A DNA stretch of 64,000 nt from Octopus sinensis (Eukaryota): assembly GCF_006345805.1 (NCBI RefSeq), contig NC_043005.1, positions 69,006,001 to 69,070,000 on the forward strand, read 5' to 3'. The notes beneath the pieces were generated by a model. The model saw only the letters and a program-made list of their open reading frames with translations. It did no database searches and was not told the DNA's origin. The translations under genes and the position numbers were made by a program. The number at the start of each line of letters is the position of its first letter. Position 1 is the stretch's first letter. Positions 36,721 through 51,737 of this stretch are shown here, one piece after another.

Positions 36721-38509
36721 CTAAAGACATGTCTAGTTCTTATACTCTAAGCGTTTAGGAGACCATATACTATGTTGGTTTCCAAGAAAACAATGTAGCT
36801 AATTCTATCCCAGGAAGAAGATTATGGTGAGGGAGAGGAGATGAGCTAGAATCTGAAATTAGTAGACTTCCATCTCAAGCAGTTGACAACAAAATGTATG
36901 CTGCTACAAACAACATACAGGGTAGCTGAATAAATGTATGTGTTAAGAGTTCAAAACACGTGATCGATGGGACCGATAGCATGCAGATTGGATGGAAATC
37001 TATGTAGAATTAATCTGTAACTTGTGAACGTGGGTTGAACGACATGTACCTTGCAGGCAGTACAGGATGAAAAATTGACAAGTTTTCCAAACTTTGCATC
37101 TTTAAGTAGGTGTTTATCTACAACGGTACACCTCTGTACCGAGTTGTTTATGTGGAGATTTTTCTATTGATACAATTTAATAAAGGATAGAAAACAAAGC
37201 CCGGATGCCTGGAACTTGTTTTAAAATAAAATTTCATTGTGATAATTATAGGTTTAAGGCTAAACTTTTATAACGATTGCCTTATTAACTATACTGTTTT
37301 TAAGCCAAAATAAAAGAAATTTAGGAAAAAAATGTAAAATGAATTATTATATTTTGAAATTGTTAACACGTTATTTTTCCATATGACATGTATGAAGTGA
37401 ATAAGGTATTTTAACAACAATCGACCTTTTCCCACCTTGAAATTCACTACAAAAGGCGAAATGATGCAAAACGAAGATAGTACTGTTGATTATTGGGCAG
37501 CTGTCCGTGACGTCCAGACAACGCTGAGGCCAAATGTAAATATCCCATATAAGGTTGCATAAGAGATAATCATGTTAAATCTTATAGACTCTGGAATAGA
37601 AGTGTGCAAATGAGGAGGTGAATGGAGTGTATGAAGAAGATGTGTAGGAATGCAAAACTTTCCCTCCTACCTCCCCCTCTCTCTCTTTCTTTCTCTCTCT
37701 CTATCTGTTTTGTCTATCTGCAGGAATGAAATCAAATCAATATGAGATTGTTGTAAATCTTCAAATGGTTAATATGACACTTTGAAGTTGTAATTGGTTT
37801 CAGTTTTACATAAGGTTCTATGTTAGTTATATGAAACAATGAAATATACATGCTGTATCTTTTAAAATATCGCGATATATTTGTTGTGTTAATGTAAGAC
37901 TAATTTTAAACGACCGTCTATTTCAGATTTTCATGATGCTACGAAGTGATGCAATTCAATAGTAGGTGGATTAAGCTTGAAAAATGATCTCAAATATCAA
38001 TAGAGAATTGTAATTCTCCCCTGAATTCTTATATTATTCATTTGGCTGTCACAGAAGATCTCAATCCAAACTCATTAAAAGATTGTCATTCTCAATTCCT
38101 GTACGTATGAAACGATGGGAATCAATTACTGTGATTTTGGTAATGTGGTTTTAGAATTTCTACATATTTATATTCTCGAAGGTATTAATTAACTTGATGT
38201 AGCCACTTGCCATGATACTTCTGTCAGGCATATTCAGAGTTAAATCAATCATATATTTTTCTTTCACTCACAGAGTGAAGAACGGAAAAGGGAACAAACA
38301 CAAGGCTTAATGTGCACAAGATGATTAGACAATAAATGTAATAAAGCATATATTATAAATGAATATCCCAGTGTATGAAAGGAAAATGAAATGTAAACCA
38401 TATATCACGTTGTAAATTATGTTCTGACTGCATCTATTATCACTAAATGAACAAACACTGGAAATGTCACAATTCGACTTACTGTAGATTCCATAATAAT
38501 TTCCCTAAT

Positions 38510-38670
38510 GTTTGTGCCCGGTTGCAATTTTCGAAGGGGGAAGTGTCATGATGAGACAGAAGAAAACATTTGATAGGCATTTATCTTAACGATTCCGAAA
38601 CGATGAAAGGCAAAGTCGATCTCAGCAGTATTTGAACACAGAACACAATCAAGTGGAGGAAATGACGTTA
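38510..38670 (-). mobile_element. Old SINE family B remnant
   Basis: GATGAAAGGCAAAGTCGATCTCAGCAGTATTTGAACACAGAAC is a reverse match to the 39445 family. Confidence 0.6.
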
Positions 38671-39444
38671 ACAGTCTGCTCCATAATAAGATATTTGTTT
38701 TAACAACGATTGTAAGATATTAGTTTTATGTTACATACGCAAACTATCAACAAACACAAACATACACACACAAATATATGTGCAGTATGTGAGTGTGTGA
38801 CTGTATGTGTTTACGTGTGTATGTGTGTGTGTACAAGCTGATATAGCTCAGTGGATCAATTTGGCCGGGTTATCTCTTACTCGTTGACGCACATGATATA
38901 TTTTGTGACTGTTTATTTTTATATCTAAATGCTGAAATACTACGATAAAAATTTTCGTCTAACATTTTACGTGCATATTCTAACTTATCATCTTAAGAGC
39001 ATACTTGTTAGTAACTTAGCGGTAAAATTTAAGTTGGCTCTGAATATTATGGAATATATTGTTTTCAATTTATAGAACGGTTACATTTACTAATCACGCT
39101 TGACCTGGAGACTATCATGAGTGAAATTGTAACGTGCTTCAATGGAGAAGAACTGCACTGAAGAAACGCCAACATTAATATGAAACTACTTCACAGTAAG
39201 CGCGCTGCGAGTATTTCATCTTTATGAATTTTAAATTCCCATTATATTGTCATGTTTGAATTGTTCTATCGTGTAAATTAGTGTAAAATCAAAGAAGTAG
39301 TCGTAGCTGATGAAATGTAAACTAATGAACAAGTTTCGAAATCAAGAATGATGGATTATAGAATGCGTAACATTCTAAGAAACCTCATGAGTTTATATTT
39401 AAATCGAGCATTAGGTAGACTGCTGTGTCCCATATATCTACATT

Positions 39445-39683
39445 GATAAGGCGGCGAGCTGGCAGAATCGTTAGCACGCCGGGCGAAATGCGTAGCCGTA
39501 TTTCATATGCAGTTACGTTCTGAGTTCAAATCCCGCCGAGGTCGACTTTGCCGTTCATCCTTTCAGGGTCGATAAATTTAAGTACCTGTTCCGCACTGGC
39601 GTCGAAGTAATCGACTTAATCCGTATGTCTATCCTCGTTTGTCCCTTCTATGTTTAGCCCCTTGTGGGTAATAAAAAAAACAG
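39445..39683 (+). mobile_element. tRNA-derived SINE family B with 13-bp TSD
   Basis: GGCGGCGAGCTGGCAGAATCGTTAGC head, GAGTTCAAATCCCGCC B-box-like; TSD ATATATCTACATT at 39432-39444 and 39684-39696. Confidence 0.92.
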
Positions 39684-40214
39684 ATATATCTACATTAATT
39701 TGTTATAATTAATTCACTCTTTCATTGCTGTCTCTCAGTAAATTTTCTTGGGATTCTTTGTTGTGTCGCATATATTTTTAAACGATTTTCTCTTCGTTTC
39801 GAGAAATTTATATATAAAAAAGGGTTCAACTGACATTAAAAATTATTATAAATCTTAAAAAAGAAAAATATAGATGCACAGTGATATGAAACAGAATATA
39901 TCCTTTTCCCAAACATATAAAAGAATATTTCCATTCAAATAACTGCTACCTCAATTCTTGACGCATATGCCAACGATGTGTGTAATCTTTGAAACCTGCT
40001 CAAGATGTATAAATGGATATTTTTCTGGCCAAATAAACACACGTACATAATATTTTCACTTATTTATTATTATTCTCATTCCATGTACATAGTCAGGAAA
40101 TATTTGGTTACATAAATGTAACCTCTTCAGTGACCCTCCGCCACATGTATCTCCTCCTGCTCCGTTTAGCTTATTCTATCCTTCTATGGAGTGTAACCTT
40201 ACCTGCGTTTCCAT

Positions 40215-40257
<43 letters not shown>

Positions 40258-40739
40258 CGCGTGTCTATGTGTTTTGTGTATGTGTATTTGGGTTTGTTTA
40301 CTATATTGTATGCATCCGTGACCTTTATATAGTGTTTTCAATTTTCTGTTTATCTGTATTTTCCCCATTTCCTGTAAAGTATATGTTTGCGTATATTTTG
40401 ATGGTGTGTGCGTGTGTGTATTTGGGTTTACGTATTATACTGCTAGTACCTGTAATTTTGTCTCTTGTCTTTTGTCGTCACGATGCATGGTGTTGTGGTG
40501 GTGGGTGTTATTGTTCCATTCGTGTCTTCGGTTAAGGCTTGGTCTATGTGTGACACCTGTAAACTGTTAGGGGTGGTGAGTGTTGTATGTGTTGATAATA
40601 CCTTAACATCTATGTTATTAATCGAGCCTCTGTGTATGCTGGTAGAGCACTGACAAAATCTTGTTTGAGTTTCAACGTACGATTTCACATAAAGAATCTT
40701 GCAAAACAAATACATAAAAGTGTATATGAATGTATGTAT

Positions 40740-40783
40740 GTATGTATTTATGTATATATATATACATATATGCATGTATATAT

Positions 40784-40815
<32 letters not shown>

Positions 40816-40837
40816 CATACATACATGCATATATATA

Positions 40838-40890
<53 letters not shown>
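40740..40890. repeat. (TA)n/(TACA)n microsatellite
   Basis: Directly visible. Confidence 0.95.
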
Positions 40891-40894
<4 letters not shown>

Positions 40895-41164
40895 AGGGCA
40901 AAAGACAAATTATTTCCATGCAAATATGCTGATAACAGACTTTTAAATCGTCAATTTCCACACACACACACACACACACACACTCATATATATATATATA
41001 TAATCAAAACTACTATTATGTTTATAGTTTATATTTTCCACGTTTCCGCTTTACAGTTTACTGTAAAAGAATTCAATCAGAGAGATAACGTAGAGTCATA
41101 ACAACATGAGCAAGTATTACGCTTTGCTTTACGTTTTTTACAAACTAAATCTTCCAAATTTGTT

Positions 41165-41440
41165 ATTCTCCGGTTCTATATTATCGTATGATTCGATTCC
41201 CTGACTGGACGTTGCGTTGTGTTCCTGAGCAAAACGCTTCATTTCACGTTTCTCTTCGACCATTTCGTCATCTGACTTATGGCACATGTTGTCCCTGCAT
41301 TTATAATGTCGATTTGATGGAGTGAGTGAGCTTATGTGAATACATGCATTCAATCACAATAAACAAATAATCTGTGTGGTTGTTCTGCAAGAAATTGCTG
41401 AACGCTCATACGTCTTCCAAATGACGGGAGAGTACATCAT
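41165..41440 (+). mobile_element. Diverged SINE with family-C-like 5' part and a different 3' part
   Basis: TTCGATTCCCTGACTGGACGTTGCGTTGTGTTCCTGAGCAAAACGCTTCATTTCAC matches 26005-26065; the downstream sequence does not match family C. Confidence 0.65.
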
Positions 41441-42029
41441 ATGTAGACAGAGTGTCCGTATGTTAAATGTGCTACAGCGACATGTCTTTTAAAAAAATTA
41501 ATTACGTACAAATAAATTTAAGCAGTTACGATTAAATTCATACTATCTCACACACAATGAACATGAATAATGACGTTTTTATATTTAAATTTTGAGTAGA
41601 AAAATGTAATTGAAGGAATGAATTTCTTTCTAAAAATAATTCCTCAAGTAGTGTGTTCGTATTCAGCAAGATATCTATCAGGAATACAAACTCTTTTAAA
41701 TCAAAGTATAAAGGATTCAGCAAGATTCTGATTCATCTTTGATTCAGCAAGAGTCTGATTCTTAATTTGCAAAAAATATGAATATATTTATACGCTTTTG
41801 AAAAATGTCGTAAATTAAAAGTAGTGACCCCGTAGTGTGATATATATAGAAACTCGACAGATATGAATTTACGATTAAATATAAACTAGAAATATTATTC
41901 CTTCAAATCTCCTAGTTTTTGGTGGAAGAGTATACAAAATACTAAATGTATCAGACTAAGTTTTTTATTGATGAATCGCAAGGAAACTGTATTTTGTGTG
42001 AAAATACAAACTTTTATACATGGGCGCAC

Positions 42030-42030
42030 G

Positions 42031-42103
<73 letters not shown>

Positions 42104-42205
42104 TTGTGTACACACATATATATGCATGCATACATATATACATACACACACAGGCACACACACACGCACGCAGACACACACACACACACATATATATATA
42201 CATAT
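42030..42205. repeat. (TA)n/(TG)n/(CA)n compound microsatellite
   Basis: Directly visible. Confidence 0.95.
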
Positions 42206-45124
42206 ATAAATATCCAAGTTCCCTAGACCATGGCACAAATGTCATACCAACTAAAATTTGGCTCCGCAAGTCACATATAGTAACCTGCTTGTACAGCACC
42301 TCCGAATCAAACGCAAACACAACACCAATAGGAAATGAGACAAAATACGATGGAAACTTCAGCACAGGAAGCTTCAGCCATCTGGATGATAATGAATTGG
42401 GAATGTCTGATTATTTGCTTTTATTCTACAGAAAAATAACACCATCTGTAAGTTCTGCCATATTTCCTCAAAGGTAGATATATATTGATGGTGTAGTTAA
42501 AATCATTTTGATGCGCCCATTCCAGTAGATGTGACTAAAAGAGTTTCTAAAATGCAGGTGCATAAAAGAATGTACATACTTTGTGTATACTGTGCATAGC
42601 TTGCATGTTGGAACCTCAGATTTATGCATTATACAGCAACTATTGTCTAACCCACACGATACCCCTCTCCCGACGCATATAAATTGCCAAGTTCGAAGAT
42701 TGATAGCATTGACCTTCCAGTAGAAAGAATTGAACAATATTTTGCTTTTCACAAACCATAATAGTCCGAGTGGAATGTCACATGCTCTTACACTTATGAT
42801 TAGAAATATATTGACTCGAAAGCTCAAAGATTTACAAGTCTGACTCAAACTTAATGCTCATGCGCCTCTCAATGAGACTTCAACATAAAGCAACTCCTGA
42901 AAATAACAATAATGTTTACATTAATGCGTGCAACCTATTAAATATGAATATGCTGTATATGAATATCTTTCTATCATTTTACTGACCGATATATACATAA
43001 ATATGTTACAGGAATATGTATAGTTTAGTGTCTGTGGGAATTCTAATATTACTTGATCGCATCTTGATTTACACTCACGTATTCCCATACAGACGCATTG
43101 CCACATGCCTTTCTCTCAATACTGATACCTGTGTGGTGATACTTAAAAGCCGCTTATTCTCTACTTGCTTCTCTATCAGCAGACACTTTTGTGAAAAAAA
43201 TCTCATTAAGTGAAGGAATTACATGTCCTGCGGCAGTCGGTAGTGAGATTTTATTAGTAAATTGTAATCGTGCAGACAACTTTCTGTTGATTTTTCTTAC
43301 ATGTTTTTGAGGTTACAAGATGTAGAGAGAAAAAAATTCATTTCTAGTTCATCGCTGAAAAGCGAACCCATTATGGGAGCGTCCCAACACCTTTAAAGTA
43401 ACATTTTATAAATTTTGACGGTCAGATAAAATACACGCAATACTGTTGGAATATATTTTTGGCCCTACACACTAAATTATTATCGCTATCGGAGTTTCTC
43501 ATATAACATTTCAATCCAAGCGGGAACAATTGATTTTCAAGAACGAATACCTCAATTGTTATTTCAAAAGCAAAATGCAAATGCAAGCTAAGAAGTTATA
43601 CACAACTTATTGGAAATGATTTAAAAATATTCGATTTGGAAGGATTTATAAATTGTGAAGCACAAACATTCAATATATGCTTCCTTGTGTACTTCTACTC
43701 AATGATTAAAACCCCAAACATTCCACTTTTATATGAACGTACGTTTAGGAATTCCGTGTTTAGATATTACTATGCTATCTAGTATGCTGAGAGAACCTAT
43801 GTTTGGCTAAAATAATTACAGAGTTGTTAAGAAAGGAAAAAAATTGATACTGCTCATAGTTTCTGCATTATACTCAAATTTTGATAGCGCACAATTGAAT
43901 ACATTTAAGGCGATATCTTCCTGTTAGCTATGTAATCGTTAAGGTGTATTTACACTGATAATTCTATCTGTAAATAACAACATTAGAAATTGCTATAGGA
44001 GCAAAGGAATCAAGTCATGTTATATAACTCGATATACTATTCCACCAAAACTGGTTAAAACAAGACTGATTTCAATTAAGGAAGAACAAAAGCTTGATGG
44101 TTGCCATTTCCCTCTGCTTGGTATTAATCCACAAGTCACTGACAACTTTATCAAGCCCTATATGTTTCATTTACAATATTAAATTTATCAGAAACCTTCA
44201 CCATACATGTTGTTGAGCAACCTCCTAATGGCTTTCCTTATTCGTACGATAAAACTAACATGCCTAACTTCTAAGATAGATTATTGATAAAACTATATCT
44301 TATTAATAATTTCAACAACACGTTTCTAATAATGAACATATTTTCAAACACCATTTATCTTACTGAAAGAGAATACAAAGTAAAAGTGGTTTCAAAGTAT
44401 AAATTAAGGTCCATTGACAGGGTTGGTTGGAAAGTGGCGAAATGATATGTGAAAAAACAAATTTGAAGCGACAATTTCCTTTGGCAAATTTTTAATGTTA
44501 TTGTTCACAATAATTTCTCGCGTCTATAGATAAAATTATATTTACAAAACAGGTCTTCCAGAACCGAAGGTGCAGCTTGGGTGATGCCCAACATAATTTT
44601 ACCCAGCTTGGTAAATAAATCATATATTCCTATCACAACTTAAGCGGAGAAACACGGAAACATGCTCTAAAAATCTAAATGTTAACGGTTATGATGATTA
44701 ATGAAATTATAGCGTATGTCGGTTAAAACTCTTGTTACATAGATATCTAATTTACACCGTTCCTGCCTTCGGTATCCTTACAGAGAATGTGCATCTTAGC
44801 AGGTTTTATTTGCAACATTGAAAATGACGGTAGTCGGGAGGAGTTACAGGGGGGAGCTTACATGGAAGATAGGGATTCAATTATAGACAATGGATATTCA
44901 TGTTATATATATATACAATCTAGTCGCTATATTTTTATATATTTTTAATATATATTCTTAGAAGGCCCGATAATCACTTCATAATATTTTTTCATATCAA
45001 GTATACTAAACGGTGGGATATAATATGTTATGAATAAAAAATATGAAGAGTTGGGGCTGTATTCAGTAAATGCGTACAAGATGCAGAATTTCAGTTCGTG
45101 GGCTCGACATTAATAATTATGACG

Positions 45125-45280
45125 CTGAAAACTTTTTGGGGGAGGGGTTAGTCGATTACTTCGCACCTAGTACTTATTTCATAAACTGCAAAAGGATGAA
45201 AGGCAAAATCAAACTCTGCGGAATTTGAACTCAGAACGTAGGAGCATTTTGCCCGGCGGGCAAACGATTCTGCCAGCTAG
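45125..45280 (-). mobile_element. SINE family B remnant
   Basis: GGATGAAAGGCAAAATCAAACTCTGCGGAATTTGAACTCAGAACG...AACGATTCTGCCAGCT is a reverse match to 39445. Confidence 0.8.
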
Positions 45281-45632
45281 CAGTCCTGGGCTGAACATTT
45301 GTCACTTCAGGTGATAAAAATGAATTGAAGGAAACCAAAACACGAGCCAATCTTTCATATAAACTTAGCTAATAAAAAATATAATGAGTGTTATCTAGTT
45401 ACTGAAAACGCACGATATGCGGGAATGTGTATCAAACTGTCAAATACAGGTTGAATTCATGTGTTGTTAGCAAAAATGATATAATCAGTAGCTGCTATAA
45501 AAAACGAAGGGCAAAAATGTTCCCGCTTAATGTGACGCAAAAATGTTCTGCATTTCTCTTAAATTTAAACACAGAATCGCGAACATGAACGAGCATTACA
45601 GATCATACAATTATTAGATAGATCTGTATAGA

Positions 45633-46018
45633 GGCGCAGGAGTGGCTGTGTGGTAAGTAGCTTGCTAACCAACCACATGGTTCCGGGTTCAGTCCCACTG
45701 CGTGACATCTTGGGCCGACCAATGCCTTGTGAGTGGATTTGGTAGACGGAAACTGAAAGACGCCTGTCGTATATATGTATATATATATGTATGTGTGTTT
45801 GCTTGTGTGTCTGTGTTTGTCCCCCTAGCATTGCTTGACAACCGATGCTGGTGTGTATATGTCCCCGTTACTTAGCGGTTCGGCAAAAGAGACCGATAGA
45901 ATAAGTACTGGGCTTACAAAAGGAATAAGTCCCGGGGTCGAGTTACTCGATTAAAGGAGGTGCTCCAGCATGGCCGCAGTCAAATGACTGAAACAAGTAA
46001 AAGAGTAAAAGAGTAAAA
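45633..46018 (+). mobile_element. SINE family A, young-looking, with a 26-bp internal deletion
   Basis: GGCGCAGGAGTGGCTGTGTGG head, (AAAGAGT)n tail; TTGGGC|CGACC junction at about 45712-45716. Confidence 0.93.
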
Positions 46019-48303
46019 ACAGAATATTAGGAATTGTTGCACTTTATGAATGAAATATAGCCGTTTGCTCTCTATCTTTACCGAGTTCGAGATCAGATAA
46101 TATTTAATAGCGCCAGTGCTATGAAATGTACACACAAACACAAGCACATGTGCAGGTGCATCACACACGAGCACACGCACATGTGTATATATCAGTGCAT
46201 ATATGGACTTAAGTGCTTCTACATGTTGCATATATATATATATATATATATATATAAGAGCATGCATATATTTATATGTTTATCAATGCGCGTACATTTA
46301 TACATAACTACATACATGTATACATACGTACTGACACATATATGTGTGACTAAATGGTATTCTATATTCCTATATCAACGCAGCATTATCTGTTATAATA
46401 ATACGGACAACAGTAGTTTTTCCTGTATTATATCACAATATATATATATGTGTGTGTGTGTGTGTGTTTCAAGTAATAAAATGTAAATACGAACTGCGTC
46501 AGTTATTTTTATTTGGATATGTTAATACTTAGCGTTTAATAATTCATCATTGATGATATACTTAGCTGTTAATATATTTGTCAGAGACTGAATCAAGGAA
46601 ATTAAATACTTCTGAATGGAAAGTGAGTGTATATTTCTCTATAAAATATTAGAAGTAAAGACCAGTATATGTGCTACCTCGAAAACCAGAAGAGAAGTTA
46701 TTAAAAATATATTTATCTGTGTATACTTCGAGAATAATAAATGCAATTTATTTCGAGCATATTCAAAGACTATGTAATCTATTCTCAGATATACTAGTTA
46801 TTGCAATATTACATGCGGAAAAAATCCGTTATCCAAATAATTATTATCAGGAACACAGCAAACATCACAATTGCATAGCCATTTGCTTGTTTTTCTTCCT
46901 TTTATTCCTAATTCATCAGAAATATAGAATCAGAACTTTTTTACTGCTAATAGCATGTTAGTCCAGTACTATCCATAAAACAATGCCTGGACGTTAAAAA
47001 AAATCACAATGTGCATTTTAGCAACATTTGTAATAGATACAACGGCGTAATAATAATGACGAGTCAGAATAAAATCCACATAGCTGCATTTACATTAAAG
47101 TATTAAGCAGATATATCTGCTTAACTACCAATACTTAAGCAAAGGGAAAATCAATAAAACGAATGTAACAAGACTAATGGGTTGCGTAAAACAGAAATAA
47201 TGTTGAATTGGGATATTAGAAAGGAGCTTTTAAAGCAGTTTCAGCAATAGTGACGGGAAATGGGAAACACCATAGCTTTCCCAATATATGTAGAGATATT
47301 GAAAGAGCAATGTGCTGATCATTTGCAGATACGCTTTTCAATAAATGAGCATAGCGTATGTAACCCACATAACCAACTAGGCATTACAGAGAAATGTCAT
47401 ATATTAGGAGAGGAAATCGATATTTATGCAAACGAACAGAAATGATATCCAAACACCGTCAACGAAACACAATTTTATATTGTGCATTGCGGTAGGGAGA
47501 TGAAATCCGATTCATCACCATTATACCGACATGAGTTGTACCTTACGCCATACATGTTTACTTTTAAAACAAAGACATTTAAACGAAATATTCCTTCATA
47601 CTTCCCAAAGACAGAAATATACGTACAAGTATATGTGTTTATATAAATAAATAAATAAATATGCCTACAAATACACACACACAGACACATATGTATGTAT
47701 GTAGCTATACTTCCTTTTTTATAGCCTTTTTGCGAAATGATGTATAAGACAAACAATTTTTCATACCTGTGCATCAGTTATTTACAGGCCTCTTCTAACA
47801 CCGCATATGCATGAATATGTTTCGATTATTTCTTTCTATATTGAAGGGGTATTTGTCGCATGTTCTATAAATATTTTTTACAGTGTTTACTGTAATAATT
47901 TAAATATATTTTTGTTTACAACTTCTTAAGTTTATTATCTTCGAGAAGAACTTTTGTTGCCTAGCCTGTCTTTCATACATAGTAATTTTTGTGCTTTGCC
48001 CGCTAGAAGACCACAGTGTAAATCTTCGTGTAAGTGTGGTTATCACCATTGGCGGTGCGTATCTGCGAGGTCAAATGAGGCCTACTAAATTTGTCACATT
48101 TCATATAAGCATATAAGATACACAGGGGACTCTACGTCCTCGTTCAGTTTTGCAGGTATGGGGAACATTAAGAATATCATTGTCCTCATTCATTTTGCAT
48201 CTTCTCGTTCGTGTATCGTTATTAGTTGCGATTGCAGAGAACGATGAATGAGAAATACTGCTAGTATCTTTGATACGGAATATCAAGCACAAACACACAA
48301 ACA

Positions 48304-48352
<49 letters not shown>

Positions 48353-48534
48353 GCACATACGTGCGCGCACACACACGCAAACACACATACATGTATGTAA
48401 ATATGTACAAGGAACTGAGGCATCCAGTATGCTGCTATAGATGTTTCGTTCATGAGGAATTGTACGCATTCTTTCCCGCTTTCCTTTAGTTTCTCTAAAA
48501 CATCTTGCATATTTAATACTAGTATATTTTATAG

Positions 48535-48926
48535 GTGGAGGCGCAATGGCCCAGTGGTTAGAGCAGCGGACTCGCGGTCATAGGATCGCGGTTTCGATTC
48601 CCAGACCGGGCGTTGTGTGTGTTTATTGAGCGAAAACACCTAAAAGCTCCACGAGGCTCCGGCAGGGGATGGTGGTGATCCCTGCTGTACTCTTTCACCA
48701 CAACTTTCTCTCACTCTTACTTCCTGTTTCTGTTGTACCTGTATTTCAAAAGGGCCGGCCTTGTCACTCTCTGTGTCACGCTGAATATCCCCGAGAACTA
48801 CGTTAAGGGTACACGTGTCTGTGGAGTGCTCAGCCACTTACACGTTAATTTCACGAGCAGGCTGTTCCGTTGATTCGGATCAACCGGAACCCTCGTCGTC
48901 GTAACCGACGGAGTGCTTCCAATCCA
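48535..48926 (+). mobile_element. tRNA-derived SINE family D, full length, 11-bp TSD
   Basis: GGAGGCGCAATGGCCCAGTGGTTAG head, GGTTTCGATTCCC B-box-like; TSD ATATTTTATAG at 48524-48534 and 48927-48937. Confidence 0.93.
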
Positions 48927-49299
48927 ATATTTTATAGATATTGATTGTCAATGTTTTGGTCACCCCTTCTATATAATGCTTAAGTGGCGAATAAGGTTAC
49001 AAATGTGTTCTGTATTCGCTGATAGTGAACTCTCATTTTAGAACATGCACATATACACAGGCACTTCTACATCATATATTGGAGTGCGGGCTTAAAATTT
49101 CATAGGCTCCATATGAAGCATTTATGCTAGACTTGTGAAATCATTCATGCATTAACTTCTCTTCATATAAATAAATGCGTTGTTTCATTCGATGTACACT
49201 GACATCGGACTGTTCAAGGAAAACTTCAACTCTAACTATTACATACGTCTCTTGAAGATAGAATTAAAATTGGCATCGTACTGTTCTCGACGAAATGCA

Positions 49300-49445
49300 A
49301 ACTACTGGCATAGCGCTACAACACCTTCAAGCTGACATGCCTGCTGCCTTAAAGGATGACGCACCAGCTTCATCAACAGTATAAAATGCACTCCTAAATT
49401 TAGAAGAGAAAGTCTCGAAGATGACCCTAGGGCTTAGGCATCCTT
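49300..49445 (+). mobile_element. Mariner transposase N-terminal fragment
   Basis: QADMPAALKDDAPASSTV...RESLEDDPR matches the HADM..TLGDDAP..STV..W...F.RGRESLEDDPR HTH region. Confidence 0.7.
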
Positions 49446-49479
49446 TAAACGTGTGTGTGTTAAAGTATGTATACAGATA

Positions 49480-50560
49480 TATGTGAAACAGAACATCGAT
49501 GAGTATCTGCACAATGTGAACCCACTCGATATTAGTACTAAGGGTGCAGAAGTCCACCCGTTGGCGTTCAGGAATGTGGTGTGCAACTCTACACTCACTC
49601 ATCTGGAACAGAACACGCGCTGAAACGAAGACTGCCCTGAGGACAACGACCAGGAGACTCAAGAGAAATGATCAATTACTGGCTCAACAACAACGCGGAC
49701 GAAATACAGTAGTACGCTCTCAGTATCATCTCCAATCCCTTCTGCGATTCTCTGATAGACTATGCACAGGACACAGCCCTCCGCAACACCACTGTTGATA
49801 GGATCACTCTCCTCACTGACAAAAATGGAATCAAGTCCATCAGCGTAGTTCATCAGTTTTAAGACGGCATACTCACTCGGGTCGGGGATAACGGAGATTC
49901 CTCCGTTGCATTTCCTGTCACTGACAATATGACTCATGGCTGTGTATTCGCAAGATCTTCTCATCTATGCTGTCGGTTTCCTTCTGCAACGATGACGAGG
50001 CCAACTGGTGTTCTATTCTACGGCGGCTACAAGCCACAGCTAGGTAGAAGAAGAATCGCTGCATAATTTCCTGTTCCCAGAGGAGCGTGCACTTAGCACG
50101 ACCACAGATGCTCACATGCAGTTGGACAAGAACCGCTTTGTCATTGTCTGCAACGACTTTGGCCTCACAATCAATAGTCAGAAGAAAGAAGTCATGCACC
50201 AACCGGCCGTGCGGAAGCCGTAGGTTCAACCAAATATTACTCTAGAAATGATGCCTTGTATGTTGTTGATAAGTTCACGTTCCTCGGTAGCAGAATCTTC
50301 AGATCTGTGAACTTTGACGATGAAGTCGACACACGCATTGCCAAATGAAGCTCAGCATTCGGACGACTACGTAAAACAGTGTCGGATTGGACAGGCATTA
50401 GGCTGGCTATCAAAGTGAAGGTGTAACAAGCAATTGTACAGCCCTACAAAAAATTGCAAGTCTGCAGGATGTAGACGGTGTACTACGACACACCATGAGC
50501 TAAAACGTCTCCAACCATTTACTCACTACTTGTTCGAATGCCTGTCACGCGACTCCCAAA
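49480..50560 (+). mobile_element. RTE/BovB-like LINE RT relic
   Basis: REMINYWLNNNADEIQ*YA; VHQF*DGILTRVGDNGDSS.AFPVT; RRLQATA..SLHNFLFPEERAL (decayed FADD); CNDFGLTINSQKKEVMHQP; VDKFTFLGS; DDEVDTRIAK*SSAFGRLRK. Confidence 0.9.
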
Positions 50561-51679
50561 ATTCAGAGCCAATGCATTGCTTTCAGCAACAGAAGGCTAC
50601 TGGTGCCCGACCTTCAGCAGAGCCTTGCGAGCTCCCAAAGGATCATAACATACGTAAGCAAAATTGCACGTTAGCAGTACAAGACGAAACGTTGTCTGCA
50701 GGTTGTCAGCTCACTTTCATGATTTTAATTCAAGGGATATATTTATATATTTATATATGGCTTTTCTTTATTGTCCACTGGTACGTACGTAATACCTTTG
50801 TTTTATTAGGTATTTGACTAGTTATTTCGAAGATTACTGGGCCTATATTTTGCGTCAGTTCTTTATTTTGCTTGATTAATTTAGTTAAGATTTCATCGAC
50901 ATTCAGACTCGTATATGATTGTTGTTGTAGTTTTTCTGTTCATAAATTATATGCGTGGATAATGTGTCCTTCCATAGAAGTGGAAACACATTGCTTGTTT
51001 TTTTCTGTATTTATCTATGTAACTAATTTGACCTTTCAAATTTGTGAGTTGCAATTGTTTCTTTTTTCTTTCGTAAAGCCTTTCCATATTTAAATTCCAA
51101 ATATTTGTATTTGCTATTTTAGGATCAGGCATTCCACATTTTCGTGCTGTACATAAGGTCAGTTTCCCATGTTCGTTTACGATAAACTTGACTTCAAGGA
51201 ATACCGATACTTTTGCGACTATGATTTTAATTTTCCAGTTATTTAGTTGTATAATATTTCGTAGTTCAAGTTCTACCTAATAACACTAGGCAAGATTGAA
51301 GGTTAAAGAATGGGATTGGAACTAAGAATATGTAATGAGAATTAAAGCAATTTATTGTTCACTGGGGAAAGACAATTCTTTAGTTATACTCTTCCATTAA
51401 TTTGTCATGAAAATATTATCTGCTACTTACGTATTTCATATAAGATGAAAATATTTAACTGTAAACACTGAAATTCCGACAACAATAATCGCACCAATTA
51501 TGCTGGCGTTCTTTAATATAGTCTGACAGCAATAAACGTCAGTATGAAATAGTGAAGTTAATTGTCGATTTCACAAATATCTGAAAGAAACCTATATGCG
51601 TATATGTATATCTAACATCAAATTACATATCCTATCAATATAAATACACATACACACAAGCACGAACGCGTACACATGA

Positions 51680-51737
<58 letters not shown>

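Noticed and set aside
37560-39190. Several plus-strand acceptor/donor-like sites (37724, 37928, 38274, 39068)
   Set aside because: No consistent open frame; cannot distinguish lncRNA exons from chance without RNA data.
40098-40690. TG...CA-bounded 590-bp segment, possible solo LTR
   Set aside because: No convincing terminal inverted repeat, TSD or second copy.
42210-42848. ORFs 41968-42477 (+) and 42468-42848 (-)
   Set aside because: Length is partly due to microsatellite read-through; no recognisable motif.
48101-48510. Protein-like minus-strand stretches (MQDVLEKLKESGKECVQFLMNE...)
   Set aside because: Interrupted by (CA)n, with no splice or homology support.
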